DNA of 64,000 nt from Hydrolagus colliei (GCA_035084275.1 CM068743.1:18476001-18540000), one strand, 5' to 3'; counted from the stretch's first letter, positions 40,725 through 52,656 are shown. The notes: a model not told the origin generated them from the letters alone. Program-made: numbers and translations.

Positions 40725-41110
40725 CTCTCTTAGAGAGAAGACATTTAAGAGGGGACGCAATGGAGGTGTTTAAATTTATTAGAGGGTTTGGTAAAGTTAG
40801 CATAAATAGACCTTTTCTGCTAGTTGGGCAGTCCATAAACTAATACACAAGTATTAAATAGCGTCTCATGGATCTAAAAGCAAAATTGTGAGGAACTAGT
40901 TCATGTAGATGGGAGGAAGACTATGGACTTTACTGCCTGAAGTGGTGGTTAAATCAGATAATATTGATGCATTCAAGTGGAAGTGAGCCATTCACAGAAT
41001 GAAGAGGGGAGTAGAAAGGTACGGGAGGGAGTAAGGAATTGATGGAGACTCATGTGGAGTAAAAACACCAGCATGGATTGATTGGGCTGAGTGGCCTGTG
41101 CTGTACTTTC
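40725..41110 (+). mobile_element. CR1 LINE 3' fragment
   Basis: LRGD.MEVFKFIRG-like motif (ttaagaggggacgcaatggaggtgtttaaa) and tail tgggctgagtggcctgtgctgta. Confidence 0.75.
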
Positions 41111-41929
41111 TTGGTAAATATTTGTAATGTCTATTGTTCTGACATTGACCTAGATTCAAGGTCTATTAAACACTGGGTTTGTAAGCTAATTGTAGTTATT
41201 CCACCGCACTGAATGTTCTGAAATGTACCTCCCTTTAGATTCCCAAAACAAGCCCCAAGCACAATATGCTTCACAGGACTAGTCATACCTCAGCCTTCAA
41301 TGGTTGCTATGTTTCAGGGTTGCACCAGTAAAGTATATGTATTCAACTCTCCCTGTGACACATACCTCTACTTGAACTTCACTTATAGTGCTATTGGGTA
41401 TGGACCATGACATTTTCTAATCGTAAAATGGGAGCAGAAAGTGAGCTGGCTCACTACAAATTGCCGTCGGGCCTTTCTGCATACTTTAAAAATGTCTTAC
41501 TTCTAGGTTTTCAGATCAACGCTGGTGTCACTTCCTGCGCCTTTTGCTTGGGGTAGTTTGGATGTGCAAGTGCGTTTACTGTTCTTCCAGCGCCTTGGGA
41601 CATCATCTTGACATGAAAGACGCTATACAAGTGTAATTCTGTTGGTGCTGTTCTAACATTGCTTTGGATGAGCAGCAAATGGATTCTAATTGTGTAGATC
41701 AGTATGGTATACAAAATATACACTCTGTTCAAATTGCCCAACACGCATGAGCACTGAAGGAAAACAAATGTACAGTCTATAAATGATGGTGACTATCAGG
41801 ACAGTCTTAATAAATCTCCTCAAATTCCAAACAATTTAAATATTGCGTCCGAATTTACATTGAAGTGTGTGGATAGTCATTGACACCCAAGGGAGCAATG
41901 CCTCTTAAATTTGTAATGTAAAGGTGGTT

Positions 41930-43598
41930 GAAGCCAACCATCTGCTGCCTCGAGCCCATCCCCACCAACCTTCTGCTCACCCAGTTCCCCCTCCTCTGCC
42001 CACTGCTGGCTGATATCATCAACCAGTCCCTCTCCACAGGATCAGTCCCTGCCCCACTCAAAACTGCTGCCATTACCCCCCTCCTTAAAAAAACCTTCCC
42101 TAGATCCCTCAAACCCTAGCCACTACCGCCCTATTTCAAATCTGCCCTTGCTTTCAAAAGCACTGGAACGCGTTGTTGCAAACCAACTCCGCGCCCACCT
42201 CTCCTCCCACTCCCTCTTTGAACCCCTCCAGTCTGGTTTCTGCCATGCCCACAATACAGAGACTGCGCTTGTGAAAGTCACAAACAACGTCCTCTCTATC
42301 TGTGACCAGGGCTTCCTCTGCCTCCTTATCCTCCTGGACCTGTCTGCTGCGTTCAACACAATCGACCACACCATCCTACTCCACCATCTGTCGTCCGTCA
42401 TCCACCTCGGTGGGACCGCACTCGCCTGGTTCAAGTCCTACCGCACAAACCGCCAGCCGTACATCTCCACAAATGGCTTTTCCTCCTACTCTTACTAAGT
42501 CCTCTCGACGTGAAAGGCGCTATATAAATGTAAGTTTTGTTTGTTTGTTTGTTACCTGTGGGGTACCCCAGGGATCCACCCTTGGCCCCCTCCTCTTCCT
42601 CATCTATATGCTCTCTCTTGGGGATGTTATCCGCAGATATGGGGTACCCTCCCACATGTATGCAGATGACACCCAACTCTATTTCTCCACTGCGACCCGC
42701 AGTCCCCTGATGTTCTGTCGGCCTGCCTATCAGACATCAGGAGCTAGTATGAGCGCAAATTTCTTGCAGCTGAATGTTGACAAGACAGAGACCATATTCT
42801 TTGGCTCTCGTCAACGTCTCCATTCGCACGGCTCTCACCTCCTCCACCTTCCCAGTCTGCCCCTAAAACTCTCCAAACCTGTGCACAACCTACGCGTCAG
42901 GTTCTACCCCAGCTATCCTTCCTCCCTCACATCCGGTCCCTCACCAGCACCGCCTTTTTCCACCTCCGATGGATCGCCCGTCTCCACTAATATCTCACCC
43001 CAAAAGCCGTTGAAACCCTGGTCCACACCTTTGTCACCTCTCGGCTGGACTATTCCAATGCCCTCCTCGCCAGTCTCCCCTCCTCCACAATCCAGAATCC
43101 ACCTCATTCAGAACTCTGCCGCCCGCGTTCTCACCCACACCAAACTTTGCTCCCCCGTTACCCCAGTCCTTGCCAGACTTCACTGGCCCCCTATCCCAGA
43201 GAGGATCGACTTCAGGATCCTCACCCTTGTCTTCAAATTCCTCCACTCCTCTGCATCCCCTTACCTCTCTAACCTCCTCTCTCCTCAAACCAGCACCTGT
43301 TGCCTTTGCTCCACTGGGTCTGGCCTCCTCCATGTCCCCTGAATCCTCCACTCCACCCTCAGTGGCCATGCCTTCAGCCACTATGCCCCTAGGCTCTGGA
43401 ATTCCCTTCCTCACTAACTTTGCCTTGCCCCCTCTCTTCTCAGCTTCAGATCCCAGCTGAAGTCCTTTCTCTTTGACCGCGCCTTTGGTCACCTTTCTAC
43501 CCCTGACCCTGGCTCAGTCCCGGGATCCGCTATTGTGAAGCGCTCTGAGATGCCGTCCGGCGTGGAGGGCGCTATATAAATCAAAGTTGTTGTTGTTG
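41930..43598 (+). mobile_element. L2 LINE, 5'-truncated ORF2 pseudogene (RT domain)
   Basis: [58 protein letters not shown], and a (gtt)n tail; frameshifted. Confidence 0.95.
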
Positions 43599-44014
43599 TA
43601 AAATTACATTTGGGCTTTGTCTGTGAGATTGTTTATCCTTACAATTTAAGATTGTGTAGATCTGTGGAAGATTCGCAAATTAAGTTAGAAGTGTTAACCT
43701 GCATTTCGTACGAAGAATCCAGCTTCCAAATTAAGGCTACATCTAAGAATGATCCATAATTCAAAATAATTTTAAATTTAAAATAATTTGATCTCACAAA
43801 CAGAGTTGGAATGTCAGGCACAAGTTGTTTGTCTATTCTGAGTTTACTATTATGTACAAGCCTTTGCAATACTGGCCTAATTGTACTTTTAAAGCTGGAC
43901 AGTATTTTACTCTTCTCCAAAGTCATCCCAAAGGTTGGATGCAATTTGGTCATTCATCTCTTTGCTATTTATGATATATTTCTGGTACAGATGTTAAGCT
44001 TCTTGTAGTTAAAT

Positions 44015-44535
44015 GGTCAGTTTGGCTCAGTTGGTAGTACTCTGGCCTCTTGAGTTCTAGCACCATGTTGGAAATTTGAACCCACATTGTCTAGGCTGAC
44101 GCTCTGATGCAGTGCTGAGAATACAGTGCCTTATTGCAGCTGACATCTTTCGAATGAGATATTAACGTCAGGTCTCTTTGCCTATTCCAGTGGACATTAA
44201 AGACCCTATGGCACTGTTCGAAAAGAAGGGGGAATTTCTTCTGGTGTCCTGGCCAAAACAGTTCCCCAGATAAAATTGGATACTCACGCACAAACACTCA
44301 CTGTTTGTGGGACACTGCTGAGCGCAATTTGGCTGCTGCGTTTCACCCACAAATATACCGTCAATTTTCCTACTCTTCTTCGTCCTGCCCAGAACCCTCC
44401 CCCCCACCCCGCTCTTGTCCCTACCTAACTGTACAGCGCCTTGGTACGTCCTCTCGACGTGAAAGGCGCTATGTAAATGTAAGTTTTGATTGATTGATTG
44501 ATGGATTGATTGATGGATTGATCGATCGATCGATT
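44015..44535 (+). mobile_element. DeuSINE (SacSINE1-like) with an L2-type 3' UTR and (ttga)n tail
   Basis: tRNA head ggctcagttggtag; Deu domain ctttcgaatgagatattaa...ggacattaaagaccctatggcact...ggtgtcctggccaa; tail cagcgccttggtacgtcctctcgacgtgaaaggcgc. Confidence 0.82.
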
Positions 44536-45169
44536 GAGAACTGGCTGCTGCATTTGCTTTCAAAATGCACAATCACTACACTTTGCAGTAAATACTACAT
44601 AGCTCTTTGAGATATTCTCCTGATGAGAAAGATGCTGCAGGAAATGTAAGGATTATTATTTTCTTGGTGTGTAGAGTATTTTCATTTCTCTGTCATTCTT
44701 TCAGTTTCTCTGGGTCATGAACCATTTCCTGACAGAGGGAACAGGCAAGCGATCTGCTTCCTGATCTCTTTCAAGATTAGGAACTCGCTGTGTGAGGAAT
44801 GCACTCATATTTTGAATTGAACTGGCGTCTGTTTGCTTAGAATTTAAAAGAAAGTAATTTTATACCAATAACACTGCTAACAGATGCTTTACACTGTACT
44901 CTCTGCCCTTTTTCAATCTTTGCCCTGCACATTTCACCAACCGAGCACTTTGCAGGGTGTGGTGTAGTGACTTCAGCATGGGTCATATTAATTCAAGTCA
45001 TTCCTCAATTCTTTGTTGTTTCCGATAAATAAGGCTGGCATAACATTATTTTACAGTGGTCTAGGCAGCGATTTAGGATTAGGTTTTCCAAAACCTCAAC
45101 TTATTCCTATTTCTCCCAAGAACACTGTATAATGTATTGGTTGTGTATTTCGTAGATGAATGGTGACAG

Positions 45170-45410
45170 ATAATTTGGGGGATTGTTGGGAAACTCTCTT
45201 CTGTTTTTGAATAATTCCTTGGGATCTTTAACATCTACCGAATTGACAGGCGGAATCTCTGTGTAATGTCTCATCCAAAGGACAGAACCTCCAATGCAAC
45301 AAACTCCTGGAGTGCCAGCCTAGATAATGTGGGTTCAAAGTCCCGATGTGGGACTTTAACTCACAATTTTCTGATTCAGAGGCGAGAGTCCTCCCAACAA
45401 CTGAGGCTGG
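45170..45410 (-). mobile_element. DeuSINE fragment
   Basis: tgggatctttaacatc...aatgtctcatccaaaggacag...ttctgattcagaggcgagagt. Confidence 0.7.
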
Positions 45411-45970
45411 GTAATATCTGTAGTATCCCACTCACAGGCAATTGAAAGTTGCATGAAATTCATGAGCTAGAACTCCAAAATTGAACATTCACTTTAGCAT
45501 ATTGGGGGAACATTCAATAAAGATTGATGTTGAACAGATCATTAAGCTGTGCAGTTGTAGTGAGGGGTGATAGATCACTATTATACTGTATTACACAAGT
45601 TGCTGCACCCAGCAATGCGAGGAACTTCTCAGCCTTCAGACTGTAAATTATGTTATAAATTATTTTCTTCCTTCAACCCTCTCCAATGCAGTAGTTTACT
45701 TGAATGCAAGATGGCCAAAATTAATCTAGCATTGCAAATGTGGTCGCAGTAATGGATTATACAGGATAGAGTAACCAAGTCTGACTCGTAATCAAATTCT
45801 CTCAATGCATTGCAGAATTAAATTTGTTTTTCTGCTAATAGCTTCACATTGACTACTAGTCTTGAGTCTTTTTTTTGTTCTGGCCTTAAAATAGTAGGAT
45901 TCTGCTGGCATACTGTAAACAAAACAGACTTCATATCCAGTGGGAAATTATAAAACAGTTCATCAATGAT

Positions 45971-46285
45971 GTTCTCTCTTAAAAGCTGCTATCAAATCGG
46001 ACCTCACTACCCTTTCAGGCAGATAATTCCGAATTCGAACAACTCAGCGAGTTGTTCAAATTTGGAATGATCTGCGTGAAAGGATAGTGAGGTCCGATCC
46101 GATAGCAGCTTTTAAGAGAGAACTAGATAGGTATCTGGGGAAGACGGGTTTGCAGGGTTATGGGGAGAAAGCTGGTGATTGGGGTTAATGAAAGTGACTT
46201 GCTCGGTCAAAGAGCCGGCACAGACTCGATGGGCCGAATGGCCTCCTTCTGTGCCATAACATTCTATGATTCTATGATTTTATGA
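45971..46285 (+). mobile_element. CR1 LINE 3' end with a 5' inverted duplication
   Basis: tttaagagagaactagat...gatgggccgaatggcctccttctgtg...(attctatg)n CR1 tail; 45971-46045 is the inverse of 46049-46123. Confidence 0.88.
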
Positions 46286-46479
46286 TGTGCCCTCATGGCC
46301 TGTGTCCAGTTACAAAATCTGAACTTCGCTCTTGCATAGAATTAGATATTCTACTGCAACAAAGCCATGCCACTGTTTATACTCCAAATGAGCCTCCACA
46401 TAGCCAAACGCCCCTCCCTTACTCTCCAGCCAACGCCTCCTATTTCAGATTCTTATACTAATACAGTGACTTGCTTACC

Positions 46480-46780
46480 CCCTATTCCCCCCACCCGTAG
46501 CCGTCACTCAGCTTGCTCCAGCCTCCAGTTCATCCCTCCTCCTCTCTGCTCCACTGTATGCCTTCAGCCACTACACCCCAAAACTCTGGATCTCTCTCCC
46601 CCAATTCCTCTGCCTTACCCCCTTCCTCCCCGTTTTTTATTCCTTCCTTTTTGACTGGGCTTACGGTAACCTCCCCCTTGCCTCTTTCCATTGCTCATTG
46701 TCAAACTTCGCCATTGTGCAGTGCTCCGGGATGTGCCCTGAATGAGCGGTGCCATATAAATGCAAGTTGTTGTTGTTGTT
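46480..46780 (+). mobile_element. L2 3' fragment
   Basis: gccttcagccact...ctctgga motif and tail gccatataaatgcaagttgttgttg. Confidence 0.65.
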
Positions 46781-47204
46781 CTTTCGGATACTCTTAAACA
46801 CGGGGGATAGCTATTAATCCTTAAAAAAACTTTAGGGCCTTTTACATGGGAGGACATCTCAAAAGCTGGCTTCCATTCTGTAAAAAATGGTGTAAACACA
46901 ATGTACAAGGCCAGTGTTGTTCCAGCACTCCCTGTGACCCTGAGAGTTGGATCATAACCAAAGTAGGATATTTTCAGAGTGTTCTGTGCAAGAGGATAAT
47001 GGTTGTCAGTTGGGAGGACTGTGTGACCAAGACAAAATAATGAGAAGCAGTGCCTACATGCAGCCACAGAGCATGTCACGACAAACGATTCAGATGAATA
47101 TTTCATGTGTGCCAGATATCTGAAGAGCACAACCAATGGAAGATAATAGAATGGATCCCATTTAAAATAATAGCATATGGAAGACCCCAAATGTGTCAGT
47201 GGAA

Positions 47205-47830
47205 GATGTCAGCCTAGTTCAGTTGGTAGCATTTTTGCCACTGTGGATGGGTTCAAGGCCCACACTGGGACTTTAAGCTCATGGTCAAAGATGACACTCT
47301 AATGCAGTGCTGTCAGTCCATCCTTCAGGTGAGTCATTAAAAGTGAAACGCTGTGTTCTGATTCAAAAAGAGAAGGGCGTTTCAGCTGGTGTGTGGGCCA
47401 ACAATCCTTTAGATAAAATTGGTTAACCATTTCATTCAAGGCTGTTTGTTGAAATTGGCTGCCATGTTCAAACACAAATATCCAGTCACAGCACTTTTCC
47501 ACAAAAAATTTTTGAAGCATCGGGAGACCTTTCAAAGCTTTAGATGCAGTTACAAATGCAAGGATTATTATTATAAAGGAATGTGAATTGAAGAGTAATA
47601 ATGTGGGCTTCTTCAAAGGGTCAGTGGGTTGGGAGAATGGAACTCACTGCTGGAAGCTGTGCTTGAAGCAGAAAGCATCAACATATTTAAGAGGAAACTT
47701 TATGCATATATGAGGCAGAGTATAATAGGTTAGGAGAATAGGGATGGAGGCTCAGTAAAGAGTCTATGAAATGGAACAGTTGGGCTGAAAGACCCATTTC
47801 TGAGCTGTACCATTCCATGTAATTTTGTAT
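47205..47830 (+). mobile_element. DeuSINE remnant (~47205-47575) followed by a CR1 3' fragment (~47610-47830)
   Basis: gttcagttggtagc...gggttcaaggcccac head and aaattggctgcc body; CR1-like tggaactcactgc...tttaagaggaaact...tgggctgaa. Confidence 0.65.
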
Positions 47831-49671
47831 AACTGATTGTATATAATAATTATCACTGTTTGATATGTTTTTGGAGAGTAAATATTGGTGTCCACACTCC
47901 AGTTGGGTTCTACAGTAATTCACCAGCTATTTAAAAAAGATTTTGAAGGGAAGAGGTGATAACAATCATCCAGTGGAAGCTGGGAGTAACTGTTTTCTTT
48001 TAATTACGTGGAATTTGGTGGTGATAGTTATTTTGTAAAACTTGCGCTCGTTTCATCTCTGTATCTACAGATCAAATTAAGTATCTCGTGTTGAGGGTTT
48101 CAGCGGGTGTTAGAAGGTATCATTACGATTTTACTTTGACCTTTTTGTCATTGTAATTTTGCAGAACTATTGTGTCTATTCCCCCGCAGTTCACCTATGG
48201 CAAGTTTCAAATGAGCATCTGCCTTTGATTCCCTAACCACAGGGGGTTTATCAGTGTTTTTCATATTGCATGGATCGTATCTGTTTCATAATATTGAGTT
48301 TTGACTTCAAATTTACTGCAGGCATATGTGCGTGTACTGACTGGCAGGAGGTCGAGAACGATCTTCTAATTCAGCATGAATGATGTAGAAGGAATGTGCA
48401 ATGCAAGCCTATAATCAGACATGCACTTCACTTTTTTTTTTTGCATTGTCCTCATTTAAAGTTGAACACACCTTTGAAAAGAGTCACTTATTCTCTGGTT
48501 TAAATCCGGTGCAATAGTTTTGAAGGGCGGGAAGAATAATAGTCTCTGAAGTTGCTGTGAACTATTTCATAAGGGACACTGAAGGTTTCATCGGTTTCCT
48601 AGATGATTACTAGTATTAATGTTTATTCCGACAAACGTGGTGAGTTAAATGTGGCTGAATGTAACCGGATTGTTTTACTGTAGCTTTTAAGTGAAAACTC
48701 TTGTATGATCTGTGATTAATTATTGTAAAGTAGAAACAGAAACAGAGAGGTAAGAGGGAGTTACAAAGTAATGATGAAATTAAACATTGAATTGATATCC
48801 TCAGTAGCAAAACCAAACTCCCAACTTGATCTGAACCGTGGCATTATGTCATTGTTTATTTAGTTCTCTTTGAACCTACCTTTTATTCTTTCCCAGTGTA
48901 CAGGACAGAAACTTCCTTCTCATGCTTAGAAAGAATAATGTGATAATAAATAAAATATTAATAAATAATAGTCCATGCATTTGATACGGTGCCTTATCAC
49001 AGCTTCAAGATAATAGTACTAATCCTTGCATTTGATACAGCGAGTTATCACGTTTTCAAAATGTCTCAAAGAGCTTCACAGAATATACAGTACTGTAAAG
49101 TGAATTGACTAAATGAATTCTAAGTGAATTGAATTGAAGTTTCTGCGCGACAAGTCCACAAAATATTATTTCGCTATAGCTATTTATCACATTGTCAAGA
49201 CATCTCAACAACAACAACTGGTATTTATATAGCTCCCTTCTCACGTTTACAGGATTTCAGGAAATGTAGTGAATTTACAATATATCTTGTTCATGGCAAT
49301 GTATAGTACAATGTAGGGAACGGCGATTAATCGGTTTTTCGATTAAACCCGATATGATTTTCAGATCGGTATGCCGATATGGTGATTCTAAAAAAACTGT
49401 TATATCGAGAGATTCGATTTTAAAAATATACATCGATATATTTTTAATATCGTTCCTGGCAATATATCAATATTGTTCGTATTATCAGTGTAATGCAATC
49501 TTTTCCAGCTTACCTTGTCGCCGGCATTGCAACCTCCTAGATCTAAAGCATGGAATGCGCGTACATTCGGTGCACGCGCACAATTAACGGGCGTATACTC
49601 GGCGTGAGTCGTGGCGTCTTAACAAAGTCGCATCGCTGAAAATTGTAGTTTGAAAATTTACCTTTCTCATC

Positions 49672-50151
49672 ATGGGGAAAAGAAGCCCCGTATGGGACTA
49701 CTTTGAAAACAATGCAGTCAGTAATGGTGTGTATAGATGTACAGTTTGCAAGGTCTTGGTTAAGACATCTGATTCGAGCACGAGCAACCTGCGACAACAC
49801 ATTAAGCAGCACCACCCCGCCCAGCACGCTGCCCTCAGAGCGAAATCATTGTCGACAACAGCAGGAAGTCGAACCAGCGCTTCGGAGAAAGCGACAGGTA
49901 GTGGGGCCAGTGCAGCTCAAACAATTCCTGCTTTATTTAAGAGGAGAACATTGTACCAGAGAGGGGACAAAAAGTGGCAAAGTATCACGAACGCTGTCAC
50001 TTTTTGCATAGCAATGGAGAGCTTGCCAATGGCGAAGGACATTAATTCAGACTTCAGACTACATAAAAATAAGTGGCATTTTGTGGTTGTAAGTGTTATT
50101 TTTGTGTGTGTGAGAGTTAGAAGCGAGATTATCACTGCTGTGTGTGTCTAG
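49672..50151 (+). pseudogene. Truncated hAT transposase: BED zinc finger plus the start of the next domain (159-aa ORF)
   Basis: KRSPVWDYF...CTVC...STSNLRQHIKQHHP is a BED-finger signature; ITNAVTFCIAMESLP resembles the following hAT helix; similarity appears to stop near 50035 and no DDE domain is present. Confidence 0.85.
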
Positions 50152-50344
50152 TCAGACACACACATAGAAGCAGTGATAATCTGGCTTCTAACTCTTAACA
50201 GTCAGACTGTCTGTCTCTCTCTTTTCTATTGTAATAGATCTCATTTACACGTGGACATTACATGCTACTTTCAAGCAAGAAATGGAGGAGAATAAATCTC
50301 TAGATTTTGTTTTTGGTGTGTGTGTGTTCAATTTTGTGTTTAGA

Positions 50345-51075
50345 GATGGAGGGAGAGAAGGAGAGGGGGGAAGTTGGGAGAGAAGGAGAGAGGAAGAGAG
50401 GAGAGGGAGGGAGAGAATGAGAGGGGGAAAGGAGGGAGAGAAGGAGCGAGGGGAAAGGAGGGAGAGAAGGAGAGAGGCGAGGGAGGGAGGGAGAGAAGGA
50501 GAGGGGGAAAGTTGGGAGAGAAGGAGAGAGGAAGAGAGGAGAGGGAGGGAGAGAATGAGAGGGGGAAAGGAGGGAGAGAAGGAGCGAGGGGAAAGGAGGG
50601 AGAGAAGGAGAGAGGCGAGGGAGGGAGGGAGAGAAGGAGAGGGGGAAAGTTGGGAGAGAAGGAGAGAGGAAGAGAGAAGAGGGAGGGAGAGAAGGAGAGG
50701 GTGAAAGGAGGGAGAGAAGGAGCGAGGGGAAAGGAGGGAGAGAAGGAGAGAGGGGAGGGAGGGAGAGGGGGGAAGTTGGGAGAGAAGGAGAGAGGAAGAG
50801 AGGGGAGGGAGAGAAGGAGAGGGGGAAAGGAGGGAGAGAAGGAGCGAGCGGAAAGGAGGGAGAGAAGGAGAGAGGGGAGGGAGGGAGGGAGGGAGGGACA
50901 GGAAGGAGAGAGGGGAGGGAGAGAAGGAGAGAGGGGAGGGAGGGAGGGAGGGAGAGAAGGAGAGGGGGAAAGGAGGGAGAGGAGAGAGGGAGAGTGGAGG
51001 GGGAGGGAGAGAAGGAGAGGGGAAAGGAGGGAGAGAAGGAGAGAGGAGAGGAGGGAGAGAAGGAGAGGGGGAGGT
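50345..51075 (+). repeat. Polypurine (GA) tandem repeat with a 138-bp higher-order unit
   Basis: aagttgggagag recurs at 50371, 50509, 50647 (138-bp spacing) and 50773; subunit ggagggagagaaggaga. Confidence 0.93.
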
Positions 51076-51421
51076 AGGGAGCAAACAACATCGTATAATT
51101 CAACAGACCTTGACACCAACATTACAAACTTTCTGGACCTAGAGCACGCATTTCGAAATGTGCGTGCACCGCGACTGCGCGCGCATCGTCAGTGCGGACG
51201 CACCGTCAATGCGCGCGCACTTCGATTGCACGCGCATGCGCAGTATAAAAACTCGATAGATCGGTTTAAGCAGGTATGAGCCAACCGATATAACCATATC
51301 CGGAAAAATCCCATATCGCCGTTCCCTAGTACAATGTTTCAGTAATTTCATAACAAGTCACTGTGTATCTGTGTTTTAAATGATTGGTATCCCTTGTAAT
51401 TGTATGGCAGTGTAATGGTAT

Positions 51422-51780
51422 GGAGCCCTGTAGCTCAGTAACTAGAGCACTCGCCTCGCAAGCGAGAGACCCGGATTCGATTCCGAGAATGGTGAAGTGT
51501 TGGGCAAATTTCTTTACTCCATACACCTCTGTTTACTTAGCAGTAAGTAGGAATCCAGTTTTTAGTCAATTGGCGGATCACTTTTCAACAAATAATAAAA
51601 ATAATAATAGTAATACACTGGTCACTTCAATCCATGACTGTTTGTGTGCAATTGGCTGACGCATTTCACCCACAAAAATGTACAGCCGATTCACTTTGCA
51701 ATATAATCTGTGAAACGCTTTGAAACATCTCAAATATGTAATAAGGCACTATATCAAATGAAAGGATTATTATTATTATT
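51422..51780 (+). mobile_element. tRNA-SINE variant with an extra central segment
   Basis: ggagccctgtagctcagt head, gattcgattcc B box, standard tail, and an extra ~65 nt at ~51520-51585. Confidence 0.85.
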
Positions 51781-52348
51781 AGTGGTGGTCTTAAAAACCG
51801 TATGAGAAGTGATCTGGGAAAAGCACAGCAGAATCTCCTGGGGAAAACTGTGATGAATCCTGAAAAGGGCAGCAGGAAGGAAAGTAGTGGTATGGACACT
51901 TAGTAGAAATATATATCCAGGGTTCTTGCAGTATTATCAGCTGCCCTTTAAAAAATATTTTGTTTTACAGTAATTATATGCTAGACATGGCTGGTTCCAA
52001 TTCAGTACTAGTTTATACACATTGCACCACTTTTGTTAACTTGTGTTATATATAGTATGAATTTGACAGGCAGTAAGAATGGTTGTCCTGGTAGTCTGTG
52101 AGATCAGTTATTTTGCAAATAATATTTAATACTGTGGGAGGAGTGCTGATGTATGTCTACATTCAAGTGTTTGCAGTCCTACCCACACTCTTTGCTTTGG
52201 GATCCTATTGCTTTGTGAGTGATGATGTGGATGATTGCAGATCACAAGCAGTGACATAAGAACATCCCCATTTATTGATCACGTGCCATGCAGAAGGCCA
52301 TTTTACTGCACTCCTGTCTAACTCTACAAATAATATCACTCCCATCAT

Positions 52349-52656
52349 GGAGCTCCTGTAGCTCAGTGATTAAAGCACTCGCCTGAGACCTGTGTTAGAA
52401 TCCAGCAGATCAAGGTGAAACTTTGCGCAAGTTTCCTTTCTCCACATGCCTAATCATAATCCGTCAAAAATAAACCAAAATAATAAAATTGGTCATTGCA
52501 ATCCACGACTGTTTGTGAGTCACTGCTGTGTGCAATTGGCTGCCGCGTTTCGCCCAAAATATACAGTCAATTCACTTTACAGTATATGCTGTGAAGCGCT
52601 TTGAGACATTGATAAAATGTGAAAAGCGCTATATGAAATGCAAGGATTATTATTAT
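52349..52656 (+). mobile_element. tRNA-SINE, full length
   Basis: ggagctcctgtagctcagtg head through to caaggattattatt tail. Confidence 0.9.

Larger units (their letters stand above)
49314..51328 (+). mobile_element. Internally deleted hAT (Ac/ZBED1-like) transposon
   Basis: Perfect 14-bp TIR tagggaacggcgat / atcgccgttcccta; perfect 8-bp TSD gtacaatg at 49306-49313 and 51329-51336; contains a BED-finger ORF. Confidence 0.95.

Noticed and set aside
42302-43342. 346-aa ORF with a YADD reverse transcriptase motif as a functional or novel RT system
   Set aside because: It is a frameshifted, 5'-truncated L2 LINE relic interrupted by an inserted tail; only part of the ORF is in the RT frame.
50245-51279. 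Long low-complexity ORFs (260-301 aa)
   Set aside because: Artefacts of the polypurine tandem repeat.
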